A stretch of DNA of 64,000 nucleotides from Gemmatimonadales bacterium (GTDB taxonomy: Bacteria > Gemmatimonadota > Gemmatimonadetes > Gemmatimonadales > GWC2-71-9), in contig DASWHL010000137.1 in NCBI GenBank assembly GCA_036398175.1, forward strand, positions 8,295-72,294, given 5' to 3'. The position numbers were made by a program, and so were the translations under genes. Below are positions 1 to 9,316 of the stretch, piece by piece; positions within the stretch are counted from its first letter, which is position 1; each line of letters opens with the position of its first letter. The notes below the pieces were generated by a model. That model made no database searches. It was not told where the DNA came from and saw only the letters and a list, made by a program, of their open reading frames with translations.

Positions 1-936
1 CAGCTCGCGTCGCTTGCCCGCGGCCCGCCCCTCGGCCTCGAGCAGCGCCAGTTCCTCCCGGAGCGCCGGGACGTCCGCCATCCGGGGCTCCAGCTCGCGC
101 AGGGCCGTCTGCGCCGCCAGCGCCTCCGCCAGCGCGCGGTCAATGCGCTCGAACTCGCGCCGCGCTTCCTGGACGCGGCTCTCCGCCACCCGGCGGTCGC
201 CGTCCAGGGCCAGCATGGACTCGCGCAGCCGGGTCATGGCCGTCCAGGCGGGGCCCTCCGCTTCGCGCCGGCGCCGTGCCGCGTCCCGCGCCGCTTCGGC
301 CGCGCCCAGCGCGGCTTCCGCCTCGGTCACGCGCTCGGCGGCGTCCGCCCGCTCCCGCGCGAGCGCCGCGGGATCGCCCAGCCCCTGCTCGATGCCGGCC
401 AGTTCCCCCTTGAGACCGGTGCGGACCTCGCGAAGCCGGGCCTGTGCCACGCGCAGGCGGTCGTAGCCCAGCAGACGCGACAGGAACCGGCCGCGCTCCG
501 CCCCGCCCAGCGACGCCATCACCGCCAGCTCTTTCTGGCCGGTGAAGTACGTATTGAAGAACTCGTCGCGCTGCATCCCGAGCAGCCGCTCCAGCCGCGC
601 GGTCACTTCCTGCCCGCTGTTGGCGACGGGGTCCGCGGCGTGATCCACGAACAGCGTCGCGTCGTACAACGTGCGCGCCACCCGGTAGTCGTGCCCGCCG
701 AGCGCGAACTCCGCCTCCACCCGCACGGGCGACCGCGGGGTGGCGCGGTTGAACCGGATGGTGTCCCGGCTGCCGCGCACCGCCGGCGACCCGTAGAACG
801 CCCAGGCCAGCGCCTCGAGCAGGGTGGTCTTCCCCGCCCCGTTCGGGCCGATGATCCCGGTGATACCCTCGCCGAACGTGAGGTCAGTGGCGGCGTGCTG
901 CCGGAAGTTGACGAGCCGGAGCCGGTGGAGCCGCAT
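1..936 (-). CDS. sbcC: SbcC/Rad50-family DNA repair ATPase, N-terminal part (runs off window start)
   Basis: Minus-strand translation from ATG at 936 gives MRLHRLRLVNFRQHAATDLTFGEGITGIIGPNGAGKTTLLEALAWAFYG (Walker A GPNGAGKT), then a long Ala/Arg/Glu coiled coil. Open to the window edge, so absent from the ORF track. The ATG shares 1 nt with the sbcD stop (TGATG). Confidence 0.85.
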   Translation of the reverse strand, partial: MRLHRLRLVNFRQHAATDLTFGEGITGIIGPNGAGKTTLLEALAWAFYGSPAVRGSRDTIRFNRATPRSPVRVEAEFALGGHDYRVARTLYDATLFVDHAADPVANSGQEVTARLERLLGMQRDEFFNTYFTGQKELAVMASLGGAERGRFLSRLLGYDRLRVAQARLREVRTGLKGELAGIEQGLGDPAALARERADAAERVTEAEAALGAAEAARDAARRRREAEGPAWTAMTRLRESMLALDGDRRVAESRVQEARREFERIDRALAEALAAQTALRELEPRMADVPALREELALLEAEGRAAGKRREL

Positions 937-2117
937 CAGCCGTCGTCCCGCTCGGTGTGCGCCACGTACTCGTTGCCGAGCGTCACGAACCGCTCGCGCG
1001 GCACGCCGGGCGGCAGCGCGCGCTGGCGCAGGTATTCCTCGACCAGCACCGGCAGCGGCTGGCGCCGGCCCCGCTCGACCACCGTGGGGCGCGCCGCCTC
1101 GGGGCGCCGGAGATCGAGACGGAAGTGGAGCGCCCGGGCCTTGGCCTCGCGGATGGCCGAGTGATCGAGGTCGCGCGCGGTCACCCGGGCCACGTTGTAC
1201 GCCACCAGGCGCACCATCTGGCCGTCAATGCCGCCCTTCACGCCGGCGAGCCGCTTCGCGATGGCGGCGTCGAGGTCGGCCGCCTCCAGGCCCGTCCCCT
1301 CGAGCGACTCGAGATCGAGCACGCGCCGCTCGAGCGCGATCGGCCGGAACCGCACCGACGGCCCGGGCGCGAGGTCCACCAGCAGCCACCCCTTCTGGCC
1401 GTCGCGTTTGGCCGCGCCGCGCTCCCGCGATTCGCCCCACGGATTGGTGGTGACGTACTCGAGCGCGCCCGCGTACCAGGCGTTCGGCTCGACCCTGGTG
1501 ACCACGTGGTAGTGCCCCAGCGCCACGTAGTCGAACGCGTCCGCATGGAGGTCCGAGCGGCGGATGGGCGGTCCGCCATACCCGAGCGCGGCGGCGGCCG
1601 CGTACGGCAGCACGCCCTCGACCTCCCGATGCGTCACGAGCACGTTGTATTTCGCGGCGGGGTCGGGCTCGAGCGCCGGCTTCACCGCCTCACTCCAGGC
1701 GTTGTGCGGCACGCCGATCAGCGCGAGGTCCAGCTCGGGGAACGTGAGGCGCCGGGGCTCGAGGGCCACCACGTGCACGCCCGGGATGGCCTCGAACAGC
1801 TTCAGGATGGACCCGGTCTCGATCGAGCGCGGCGTATCGTGGTTCCCCGACACGAGCACGACGGGCGCCCGCGGGAGCCGTGACCGCAGGTCCTGGATCC
1901 GGCGGAACGTGTCGAGGATGGTGGTGTTGGTGGGACGGACCGTGTGAAAGACGTCCCCGGCAACGATGACCAGGTCGGGCTGCTGCGCCACCACGTCGTC
2001 GAGCGCGCGCCGGAACGCCAGGGCCACATCCGCTTCGCGCTGATTGATCCCCTGGGCGTTCTGCCGCGTGTACTGGCGGTAGCCGAGGTGCGGATCCGCG
2101 AGGTGCGCGAGCTTCAC
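936..2117 (-). CDS. sbcD: SbcD/Mre11-family nuclease
   Basis: 393-aa ORF with GTG start at 2117. Calcineurin-like phosphoesterase motifs occur in order: HLADPHLG, VIVAGDVFH, VSGNHD, ALGHYH. Directly followed by sbcC. Confidence 0.9.
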   Translation of the reverse strand: MKLAHLADPHLGYRQYTRQNAQGINQREADVALAFRRALDDVVAQQPDLVIVAGDVFHTVRPTNTTILDTFRRIQDLRSRLPRAPVVLVSGNHDTPRSIETGSILKLFEAIPGVHVVALEPRRLTFPELDLALIGVPHNAWSEAVKPALEPDPAAKYNVLVTHREVEGVLPYAAAAALGYGGPPIRRSDLHADAFDYVALGHYHVVTRVEPNAWYAGALEYVTTNPWGESRERGAAKRDGQKGWLLVDLAPGPSVRFRPIALERRVLDLESLEGTGLEAADLDAAIAKRLAGVKGGIDGQMVRLVAYNVARVTARDLDHSAIREAKARALHFRLDLRRPEAARPTVVERGRRQPLPVLVEEYLRQRALPPGVPRERFVTLGNEYVAHTERDDG

Positions 2118-2121
2118 ACGG

Positions 2122-2985
2122 TCAGGGGCGGACGCGATGGACCACGGTGCGGTCCCAGGTGGCCTCAGCCGTCTCCTCGCCGCGGGGCCGCTGCGCCCGG
2201 ATCCGGCCGGTGACGCGGATCCGGACCGCGCCCGAGACGAAGGCGCCCCACTCCTCCGACCACACGAGCCGGCCCGCGAAGCCGCCCGCGAGCGCGGTGA
2301 CGACGTCGCCGTCCTCGCCCGCGACGGCCGCCGTGCGCGGGGTGAGCGTTCCCTGGAAGTGCAGGTACGCGAGCCGGTCCGGGCCGGCCTGGGCCGCGCT
2401 GTCCAGCGTCAGGGCGAGGTCGCCGAACACCACCTCGTCAATGGCGAGACCCGTGGCCCTGTCTGTGCGGACCCGGGCGCGGAGCCGCCCACCCGTCGCG
2501 AACGTCTCGCCCGCGGTCACCGGGCCCTCCGGAAACGTGAAATCGAGCCCCGCCGCGAACGCGCCGAGCGCCTGGAGGATCTCGCCGTCCCGGGGACCCG
2601 TGCTCCGGATTCCGACCACCGCGAACCGCGGAGAGATGATGGCCTGCGCGGAGCCAAGGAGGGTGGAGTCCGCGTGATCCGTCCACGGCTCGCCACCCAG
2701 CCGCACGCGGCCCCGGATCGAGTCAATCGTCACCTCCACCACCGCGCCGTCCTCGGCCATCCGCGCGACCCGCTGGGTCACACCGATCCACGTCTCCTCC
2801 TCGAAGGCCGCGCGGTCCGGGACCGCGGGGAAGCCCACGAGCGTGGTCGTGGTCTTCACCTCGGTCAGCGTGCGGGTGAGCCGGCCCAGCTCAGGCACGA
2901 ACCGCAGGACCGCCTGCCCCCGCGCCGCAGCCGGGCTTCCTCCCAGGAGAAGCAGGCCTGCCACGATGACGTCACGCGGGTGCAT
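2122..2985 (-). CDS. hypothetical exported protein
   Basis: 287-aa ORF with ATG at 2985. Signal-peptide-like N-terminus MHPRDVIVAGLLLLGGSPAAARG. Balanced, protein-like composition with no motif recognised. Start overlaps the herA stop by 14 nt; its stop lies 4 nt upstream of the sbcD start. Confidence 0.6.
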   Translation of the reverse strand: MHPRDVIVAGLLLLGGSPAAARGQAVLRFVPELGRLTRTLTEVKTTTTLVGFPAVPDRAAFEEETWIGVTQRVARMAEDGAVVEVTIDSIRGRVRLGGEPWTDHADSTLLGSAQAIISPRFAVVGIRSTGPRDGEILQALGAFAAGLDFTFPEGPVTAGETFATGGRLRARVRTDRATGLAIDEVVFGDLALTLDSAAQAGPDRLAYLHFQGTLTPRTAAVAGEDGDVVTALAGGFAGRLVWSEEWGAFVSGAVRIRVTGRIRAQRPRGEETAEATWDRTVVHRVRP

Positions 2986-4912
2986 AGGGATCCTCCACGG
3001 TACGGAGCGGCGTCACGGCGGGCCCCGCGTCGGCGGGCGCGTCCCGGACAACCGCGCGGCCCAGGCGCGCCGTGAAAAAAGCCAGGACGTCGGCCGGGCG
3101 GGCGCGCCGCGTGGCCAGCAGGGCGCGCCGGACGTCGTCCTCGCGCCGTCCCACGATCAGGTCCTTCACCCGCTGCGGCGCCACGCGCCGGTCCAGGACC
3201 GAGAGCTGCCGCACGATCGCGTCGGCAAACGGCACGTCGGCGGCGGGCGGGTAGCGCTCGATCCCCTGCCGCCCCGCGAGCGCCGCGGGCCGCGGGAACC
3301 GCAGGAACACGGGCTGGGTGAAATGCGGGTGCCGGACCATCAACTCGCCCTTGGGAAGCGTCGCGAGCTTGCTCTTGGTGGCGGGGGAGAGCGTCTGATA
3401 GCCCGGGGTCGCCAGCTCGTCACCGTCCATCCGGCCGTACACGGTGGTCCCCGCGTTGCCCACCACCCGCCGGTGCACCTGCGAGCGGAACTGCTGCGCC
3501 CCGAACAGCACGAGACCGAGATAGCGTCCCCGCTCGGAGATGTCGAGCAGCATCTTCCGCACGTAGGTCTCGGGCCCGTCGGCCGGCGCGTACTTGTTCA
3601 GCTCGTCCACGAACACGACCACGTTGTCCACGCCCAGGTCCCGCCGCTCGAGGTGCTCGCGCAGCTTGGAGACCACGCGCGTGAACACCAGGTCCTGCCC
3701 GAGCTGGTCGAGGCCCGCCACGTCCACCACGTATACCGTGCGGTCGGCAAAGGCGCCGAAGGGCAGGTCGTTGCCCGACGCCTCGTCCGTCACGAGCCCC
3801 TTGCACCGCGTGGACACGTTCATCAGGCGGTTCCGCACCTTGCGGATCGTGGCGACGTGATGCGTCCGCCACATCTCGCGGCCGCCGGCCTGCTCGAGCC
3901 CGTCGAAGATGGCGCGGAACAGGCCTTCGAGTCCGGCGAAGCTCTCGACGAGATGGTGGTTGCCCCACTCGTCCTGGAACGGCCGGCCCACCACGCGGTC
4001 GGCAAGAAAATCGAGGAACGCGTCGGCCTTGGCGTCTATGTCGTCCCGGTTGAGCAGGACCTCCGCGTAGTCGAGCACCTCGCGCAGGCCCCAGACGAGC
4101 GGCTCCACGGCATGCACCAGGTCGGGATGGGTGCGCAGGGTGTTCAGGTTCACGCCGTCCGGCTTGAACGGCGCGAAGTAGCGCACCTGGGAAAACGGCT
4201 CGGGGCGGATATCCAGCTCCGCGTACATGGCCGCGTCCTCAGGCGGCAGGTCGCTCGGCAGGTCGAGGAAGGCCAGGTCCGGCCCCTTCACGTTGAGGCA
4301 GACCGCGGCGACACTGCCCTTCCGCTTCGGGAAATGCTGGAAGATGGCGCTGAGAAAGAACAGCACCGCGCTGGTCTTGGTGGCGAGCCCGGACACGCCG
4401 GAGATGCCGAGGTGCGCCGACTCGGGCCCGAGGAGAAAATCGGCGTCCACGAACACCGGCGCGCGCGTCCCACCCGCGGCGTAGAGGCCGATGGGTATGG
4501 CGGTGCGCTCGTCGCCGCGGGCGAACGCGTCCATCCGGAGGGCGACCTCGACGTCCGCCGCGTCGGCCAGGTGGACGGCGGCGAGCGGCACGGGCTGCAT
4601 GGGCTCCGGCGGATCCTGGCGCAGCACAGCGGCCGTCCACAGCCGGATCTCGGCGCGGCGCGACGGCGGGAGCGGGGCGGCGGGATTGCCCTCGCTCGCC
4701 ACCACCTCGTGCAGCGGGGTGAGCAGGTCCGAATACGCCCGCCCGTCGGTGACCACCGCATACACCGTGCGCGTGGCCCCGTCCACCCGCACGATGGCCC
4801 CGATCCCCACCGGCGCTTCCACCGCCGTCCAGAAGTGGAACTGGTGGGGACTCGCCGGGAGGGCCTCCGTCGCGACGACGCGTCCGATGGGGTCCTGGGG
4901 CGCTGCGGTCAC
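2972..4912 (-). CDS. herA: HerA-like HAS-barrel / FtsK-type ATPase
   Basis: Track ORF 2972..5122 trimmed to the GTG at 4912, which overlaps the nurA stop (GTGA); the discarded extension is Arg/Gly-rich. HAS-barrel-like N-terminus (IGRVVATEA..FHFWTAVEAPVGIGAIVRVDG). P-loop-like GISGVSGLATKTS and Walker B VVVFVDELNKYAP. C-terminal half GRYLGLVLFGAQQFRSQV..GNAGTTVYGRM. Confidence 0.7.
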   Translation of the reverse strand: MTAAPQDPIGRVVATEALPASPHQFHFWTAVEAPVGIGAIVRVDGATRTVYAVVTDGRAYSDLLTPLHEVVASEGNPAAPLPPSRRAEIRLWTAAVLRQDPPEPMQPVPLAAVHLADAADVEVALRMDAFARGDERTAIPIGLYAAGGTRAPVFVDADFLLGPESAHLGISGVSGLATKTSAVLFFLSAIFQHFPKRKGSVAAVCLNVKGPDLAFLDLPSDLPPEDAAMYAELDIRPEPFSQVRYFAPFKPDGVNLNTLRTHPDLVHAVEPLVWGLREVLDYAEVLLNRDDIDAKADAFLDFLADRVVGRPFQDEWGNHHLVESFAGLEGLFRAIFDGLEQAGGREMWRTHHVATIRKVRNRLMNVSTRCKGLVTDEASGNDLPFGAFADRTVYVVDVAGLDQLGQDLVFTRVVSKLREHLERRDLGVDNVVVFVDELNKYAPADGPETYVRKMLLDISERGRYLGLVLFGAQQFRSQVHRRVVGNAGTTVYGRMDGDELATPGYQTLSPATKSKLATLPKGELMVRHPHFTQPVFLRFPRPAALAGRQGIERYPPAADVPFADAIVRQLSVLDRRVAPQRVKDLIVGRREDDVRRALLATRRARPADVLAFFTARLGRAVVRDAPADAGPAVTPLRTVEDPYAPA

Positions 4913-5802
4913 AGCCAACCTCCCGCCTGGGCGCGGAGCGCGGTTTCCACCTCGTGCAGGGGATAGAGCAGGCGGTCCCAGCGGGAGTCCCGTCCCGCGA
5001 TCGGGGCCCGCTCCGCCAGCAACCACCGACTCACCCGATCCGCGTCCTCCACGACCCCGTCGCCGGCGATCCGCTCCACCCGGGTCAGGCCGTGCAGGAG
5101 GTCCTCGTCCGTCCACGGCCACAGTCTAAGGTACCACGAGAGCAGGACCGTGCCGTCATCCAACTCTCGGGCGAAGACGCTCGATCGGCTCCCTGCCGGC
5201 GCCGTGAGGGCCACCTCGAGGTCCGGGCCGTCCAGGAACTGGGTCTCGTGCCGCTTGGCGATGCCGATGGCCCGCGCGGCCCCGGGCACGTCCCGCAACC
5301 CGGCAAGGCCGCCGTCCACGACCAGCATGACCTCGGGTCGGGCGTCCAGGAAGGCGCGGCATGCCTCCCGCTCGAGCGCCTCGCGACGGCGCTCCACCAC
5401 CTGGGCCACGGCCCAGCGGTCGAGATAGGGGTGCGGTCGGGACTCGCCGACGGCATCGTACACCGGGAGTCCCACACCCGAAATCGCCGCCCGTTCCCGC
5501 ACGCCCAGCCGGTCCGCCGGCACGACGAGGAACTCCTCGTCCAGCCGGATCGCGGCCCGCAGGGCGCCGCCGGCCCGCACGAGCACGCCCGCCGCGATCT
5601 GGCCCCGCGCCACGGGCACGAGCCCGAAGTGCCCTTCGATCCCCCAGCGCTGGATGCCGTCGGCGAACCCGATGCCGTCCGGCGCGGCTTCGGCCGGCCC
5701 CACGGGCACGGCCCGCACCCGGGCGCCCTCCACTACGCGGGCCGTGGCGAATGGCCGCTGCACGGGCTGGGGCGCTCCCTGGAAGGCGGTGCCGCGGGCC
5801 AC
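4909..5802 (-). CDS. nurA: NurA-like nuclease
   Basis: 297-aa ORF with GTG at 5802. Motif order as I recall for NurA: MLVVDGGLAG (acidic DG motif), IGIAKRHETQF, SWYLRLWP, LTRVERIAG, LLYPLHEVETALR. Stop overlaps the herA start. Family call is by eye only. Confidence 0.55.
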   Translation of the reverse strand: MARGTAFQGAPQPVQRPFATARVVEGARVRAVPVGPAEAAPDGIGFADGIQRWGIEGHFGLVPVARGQIAAGVLVRAGGALRAAIRLDEEFLVVPADRLGVRERAAISGVGLPVYDAVGESRPHPYLDRWAVAQVVERRREALEREACRAFLDARPEVMLVVDGGLAGLRDVPGAARAIGIAKRHETQFLDGPDLEVALTAPAGSRSSVFARELDDGTVLLSWYLRLWPWTDEDLLHGLTRVERIAGDGVVEDADRVSRWLLAERAPIAGRDSRWDRLLYPLHEVETALRAQAGGWL

Positions 5803-5849
5803 CGTCCCGCCCGCGGCGGCCAGCGCCGCGCGCAGCCGGGCGCGGACTG

Positions 5850-6491
5850 TCAGGCGCCCACCCGCACGGCCGCCAGCAGTCCGTCCCGGACCGGGATCAC
5901 GGCGGTCACGAACCGCGGGTCCTCCGCCACCAGGCGATTGAACTCGCGCATCCCGCGGAGGTCCGAGCCCTCGGCCTCCGGATCCGCGATCCGTCCGTCC
6001 ATGAACGTGTTGTCGCAGAGGAGCAGACCGCCCACCCGGAGCAGGCGCAGCGAGGCTTCGAGGTAGTCGGGGAGCGGCGCCTTGTCCGCGTCCAGGAAGA
6101 TCGCGTCGAACGGGCCCTCGAGCGTCGCCATGGTATCGAGGGCGGCGCCGCAGATCAGCTCCACGCGGTCGGCCACCCCGGCGCGGTCGAACGCCTCCCG
6201 CGCGTGGGCGGCGTGCCGCTCGTCGCCCTCGATCGTCACGAGGCGCCCGCCGGGCGGCAGCGCGCGCGCCATCCAGATCCCGCTGTAGCCGCTCAGCGTC
6301 CCGACCTCGAGCACCCGCCGCGCGCCCACCAGCCGGATCAGCATCCGGAGGATGGCACCCTCTTCCGGCGACACGTGGATCGTAGGCAGGGCCGCCTGCG
6401 TGTGACCCGCTCGGACGGCCGCAAGCGCGGGGTCCTCGCGCGCGAACAGCCCGGCAAGGTACGCGGCGAGGCGGTCGGCGTCGGCGGTCAT
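5850..6491 (-). CDS. SAM-dependent O-methyltransferase, family 3 (caffeoyl-CoA OMT-like)
   Basis: Track ORF 5850..6779 trimmed to ATG 6491 (ATGA overlap with the upstream gene). Contains VLEVGTLSGYSGIWMA, FDAIFLDADK and LLRVGGLLLCDN. Confidence 0.8.
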   Translation of the reverse strand: MTADADRLAAYLAGLFAREDPALAAVRAGHTQAALPTIHVSPEEGAILRMLIRLVGARRVLEVGTLSGYSGIWMARALPPGGRLVTIEGDERHAAHAREAFDRAGVADRVELICGAALDTMATLEGPFDAIFLDADKAPLPDYLEASLRLLRVGGLLLCDNTFMDGRIADPEAEGSDLRGMREFNRLVAEDPRFVTAVIPVRDGLLAAVRVGA

Positions 6492-6907
6492 TCCCCCTGC
6501 TCGAAGGGAGGGAGCGCGTCGAGCCAGAGCCCCCCCAGGCATCCGGCCGCGTCGAGGTCCACGATCACGTTCTCGGCGATGCGGACCGAGCGGGCGGGCG
6601 GGGTGCCGAACTTGAGCCGGATCAGCGCCTCGAGGATCACCCGTCCGGGCGCCGCCGCGTGCGGCACGGTCAGCGCGGCGCGCTCCACGTCCGGCCAGGC
6701 GACCACCTCGATACCGCCGGGCACGCCGCCTGTCGTCTCGAGGACGACTACGGCACCGGTGGGACTTTCGATCTCCCACGAGCCGGTGAAGCCGGCCGGC
6801 GCGTCAGACAGGTCCTGGCGCCCGGACAGGATCTCCGTCTCGGCGTCCCAGCGGAACGGGAACGCCGGAAGCGGCGCCGGCGCGGCGGCGGTGGTGGCCC
6901 GGATCAT
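6488..6907 (-). CDS. hypothetical protein
   Basis: 139-aa ORF with ATG at 6907. Lies 1 nt after the aminotransferase stop, and its own stop overlaps the methyltransferase start. No motif recognised. Confidence 0.5.
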   Translation of the reverse strand: MIRATTAAAPAPLPAFPFRWDAETEILSGRQDLSDAPAGFTGSWEIESPTGAVVVLETTGGVPGGIEVVAWPDVERAALTVPHAAAPGRVILEALIRLKFGTPPARSVRIAENVIVDLDAAGCLGGLWLDALPPFEQGE

Positions 6908-6908
6908 G

Positions 6909-8096
6909 TCAGCACACCCGCATGAACCGCGCGAGCCGCTCGAGCGCCCGGACGAGGTCCTCCTCCGACGCCGCGTAGCTCAGTCGCACCCACCGTGGGT
7001 CGCCGAACGCGTCGCCGGGGACGAGGGCCACGCCCTCCTTGTTCATCAGCCGCTCGCAGAAGTCCGCCGCGGAGCCGAGCCCCGCGCCGAACAGATGATC
7101 CACCCGGAAGAAGAAGTAGAAGGCGCCCACCGGATCCACGAACTCGACGCCCGGCATCTCCCGCCGGAAGTACGCCTCCACGAGATCGCGCCGCGCGCGG
7201 AACGCCTCGACCATCCGGTCCACGTCCTGCTCGATGCGGTCGTCGCCAAAGGCGGCCACGGCCGCCCACTGCGACGGCTGCGAGGCCCCGCTGGTCATGT
7301 GCCCCTGCACGCCCGCCATGGCCTTGGCCACCGGGCCGGGCGCCAGGGCCAGGCCGATCCGCCAGCCCGTCATCGCGTACGTCTTGCTGACCCCGGACAC
7401 CATCACCACGCGCTCCAGCAGCTCGTCCGGCAGGTCCAGCACGGAGGGCGCCGGGCCCGGCCCGTAGTGGATGCGACGGTAGATCTCGTCCGCGATGACC
7501 CACACCTCGTGCTTGTGCGCCCACTCGACGATGGCCTTGAGCTCGGCCCGTGTGTACACGGCCCCGGTGGGGTTGCAGGGCGACGAGAACAGGAGGCCGC
7601 GCGTGAGCGTGTCCCGCTCCCGCTCCAGGTCCTCCACGCTCACCTTCATGCTCCACTCGGGCGCGCCCGCCACGATCACCGGCTCGGCGCGCGCGAACCG
7701 GATCATCTGTGGGTAGGAGACCCAATAGGGCGCGGGGACGAGGACCTTGTCTCCGGCGCCGAACAGCACGAAGCACGCGTTGAAGAGCGACTGCTTGGCG
7801 CCGGTCGAGATCACCAGATGATCCGCGTTCACGGGCCGGCCGCCCGACAGGAGCGAGAAGTGCCGCGCGATGGCGGCGCGCAGGTCCAGCAACCCCTGAT
7901 TGGGCGGGTAGTGCGTCTTGCCCTGCTGGATGGCGCGGATGCCGGCCTCGGCCGCGATGCGCGGCGTGTCGAAATCCGGCTCGCCGGCTGAGAGGTCCAC
8001 GACGTCCTCGCCCGCCGCCCGCCGGTGCTGCGCCATCTGGTTGATGGTCAGCGTCTCGGACGGTCTGAGGTGCTCGATGTTCTTCGACAGTCTCAT
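6909..8096 (-). CDS. PLP-dependent class I aminotransferase (aspartate aminotransferase-like)
   Basis: 395 aa. Contains SSPCNPTGAVY and the PLP-lysine motif SGVSKTYAMTGWRIG, with a typical AspC-like overall layout. Confidence 0.9.
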   Translation of the reverse strand: MRLSKNIEHLRPSETLTINQMAQHRRAAGEDVVDLSAGEPDFDTPRIAAEAGIRAIQQGKTHYPPNQGLLDLRAAIARHFSLLSGGRPVNADHLVISTGAKQSLFNACFVLFGAGDKVLVPAPYWVSYPQMIRFARAEPVIVAGAPEWSMKVSVEDLERERDTLTRGLLFSSPCNPTGAVYTRAELKAIVEWAHKHEVWVIADEIYRRIHYGPGPAPSVLDLPDELLERVVMVSGVSKTYAMTGWRIGLALAPGPVAKAMAGVQGHMTSGASQPSQWAAVAAFGDDRIEQDVDRMVEAFRARRDLVEAYFRREMPGVEFVDPVGAFYFFFRVDHLFGAGLGSAADFCERLMNKEGVALVPGDAFGDPRWVRLSYAASEEDLVRALERLARFMRVC

Positions 8097-9244
8097 GGGC
8101 GGACGGCTCCGTAACGGCGCAGCACGGCGAGGGTCTCGTCGAGCGGCAGCGCCTCCACCGTACCGGCGGCGCCCCGCACCGAAGTCGCGAGCAACAGCGA
8201 ATTATATATCGCCTCCTCGGTGGCCTCGATTGTGGCCAGGAACAGCGGACTCATCGCGTCGTTCCCGAGCGGCCCCCGCCGGCCCAGCTCGGCCACCGGC
8301 ACCGTGGAGAAGGCAATCACGTAGTCGCCCGATCCGTTGGTCATGGCCGACCCGGTGCGCGCGAGCCCCGCCAGCGCCCGCCGCCCCAGCCGTTCGAGGT
8401 TTCGCGCGTCCAGCGGCGCATCCGTGGCCACGACGATCATGATGGAGCCGTCCGCCTCGTTCCCCCCGTCGCTCCCGTCGCTCCCGTCGCGCCCGTCAAT
8501 CTGTTCCCGCAGATAGTACCGCCCCAGCTCCCGCCCCACCGGCGCGCCGTTGATCGTGAGCACGCCACCGAAGTTGGTCTGGACCAGCACGCCCACCGTC
8601 CAGCCGCCCAGCGCGGGCGGCAGGCGCCGGCTGGCGCTCCCGATGCCGCCTTTCCAGCCGAACGCCACGGTGCCGCGGCCCGCGCCCACGCTCCCCTGCG
8701 CCACCGGCCCGGTGTCCGCGCGCGTGATGGCGTCGAGCACGTCGCGCTCGGTCACCGCGCGGCGCCGGATGTCGTTGAGCGAGCCGTCGTTGGTCTCGCC
8801 CACCACCACGTTCACCGACCGCACGGTCTCGTTGCCGGGGAGGCCGAGCACGTACGTGAGGGCCGCGTCGGCGACCCGCGGGACGCACAGCGTGCACGTC
8901 AGCAGAATTGGCGACTCGATTTCGCCCAGTTCCCGCACCTGGGTGCTGCCCATGAGCTTGCCGAACGCGTTCCCGAGCACCACGGCGCCGGGCACCTTCT
9001 CGCGGAACACGTTGCCGCCGTGCGGCAGGATGGCCGTGACGCCCGTATTGAGGGAGGCCCCATCCGCGATGGTCGTGTGACCCACCCGCACCCCCGCGAC
9101 ATCCGTGATGGCATTGCGCGGCCCCGGCGGCAGGATCCCCACCACCACCCCCAGCTCCCGCGCGCTGCGCCGCGCCGTCTCCTGCGCCTCCACCCCGTCG
9201 CCCACCGCCAGTACCGCCAGCACCACCATCCACCCATCTCGCAT
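8093..9244 (-). CDS. P1/S58 family peptidase (DmpA/BapA-like aminopeptidase)
   Basis: Track ORF trimmed to ATG 9244 (MRDGWMVVLAVLAVG, signal-like). Contains GPRNAITDVAGVRVGHTT, NTGVTAILP, VVGETNDGSLND and GSVGAGRGTVAFGWKGGIGSAS. Stop overlaps the aminotransferase start (ATGA). Confidence 0.8.
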   Translation of the reverse strand: MRDGWMVVLAVLAVGDGVEAQETARRSARELGVVVGILPPGPRNAITDVAGVRVGHTTIADGASLNTGVTAILPHGGNVFREKVPGAVVLGNAFGKLMGSTQVRELGEIESPILLTCTLCVPRVADAALTYVLGLPGNETVRSVNVVVGETNDGSLNDIRRRAVTERDVLDAITRADTGPVAQGSVGAGRGTVAFGWKGGIGSASRRLPPALGGWTVGVLVQTNFGGVLTINGAPVGRELGRYYLREQIDGRDGSDGSDGGNEADGSIMIVVATDAPLDARNLERLGRRALAGLARTGSAMTNGSGDYVIAFSTVPVAELGRRGPLGNDAMSPLFLATIEATEEAIYNSLLLATSVRGAAGTVEALPLDETLAVLRRYGAVRP

Positions 9245-9316
9245 GACACCACTCCTGTCGCCCGTCCACGACCGCTGGTTGACCCTGCCTCCCCACCCCA
9301 CCCCCGCAACCACCCC

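Noticed and set aside
4913-5122. Long N-terminal extensions of herA (to 5122) and of the O-methyltransferase (6492..6779)
   Set aside because: The extensions are Arg/Gly/Pro-rich and overlap the upstream gene. Internal GTG/ATG starts give 4-nt start-stop overlaps typical of this locus.
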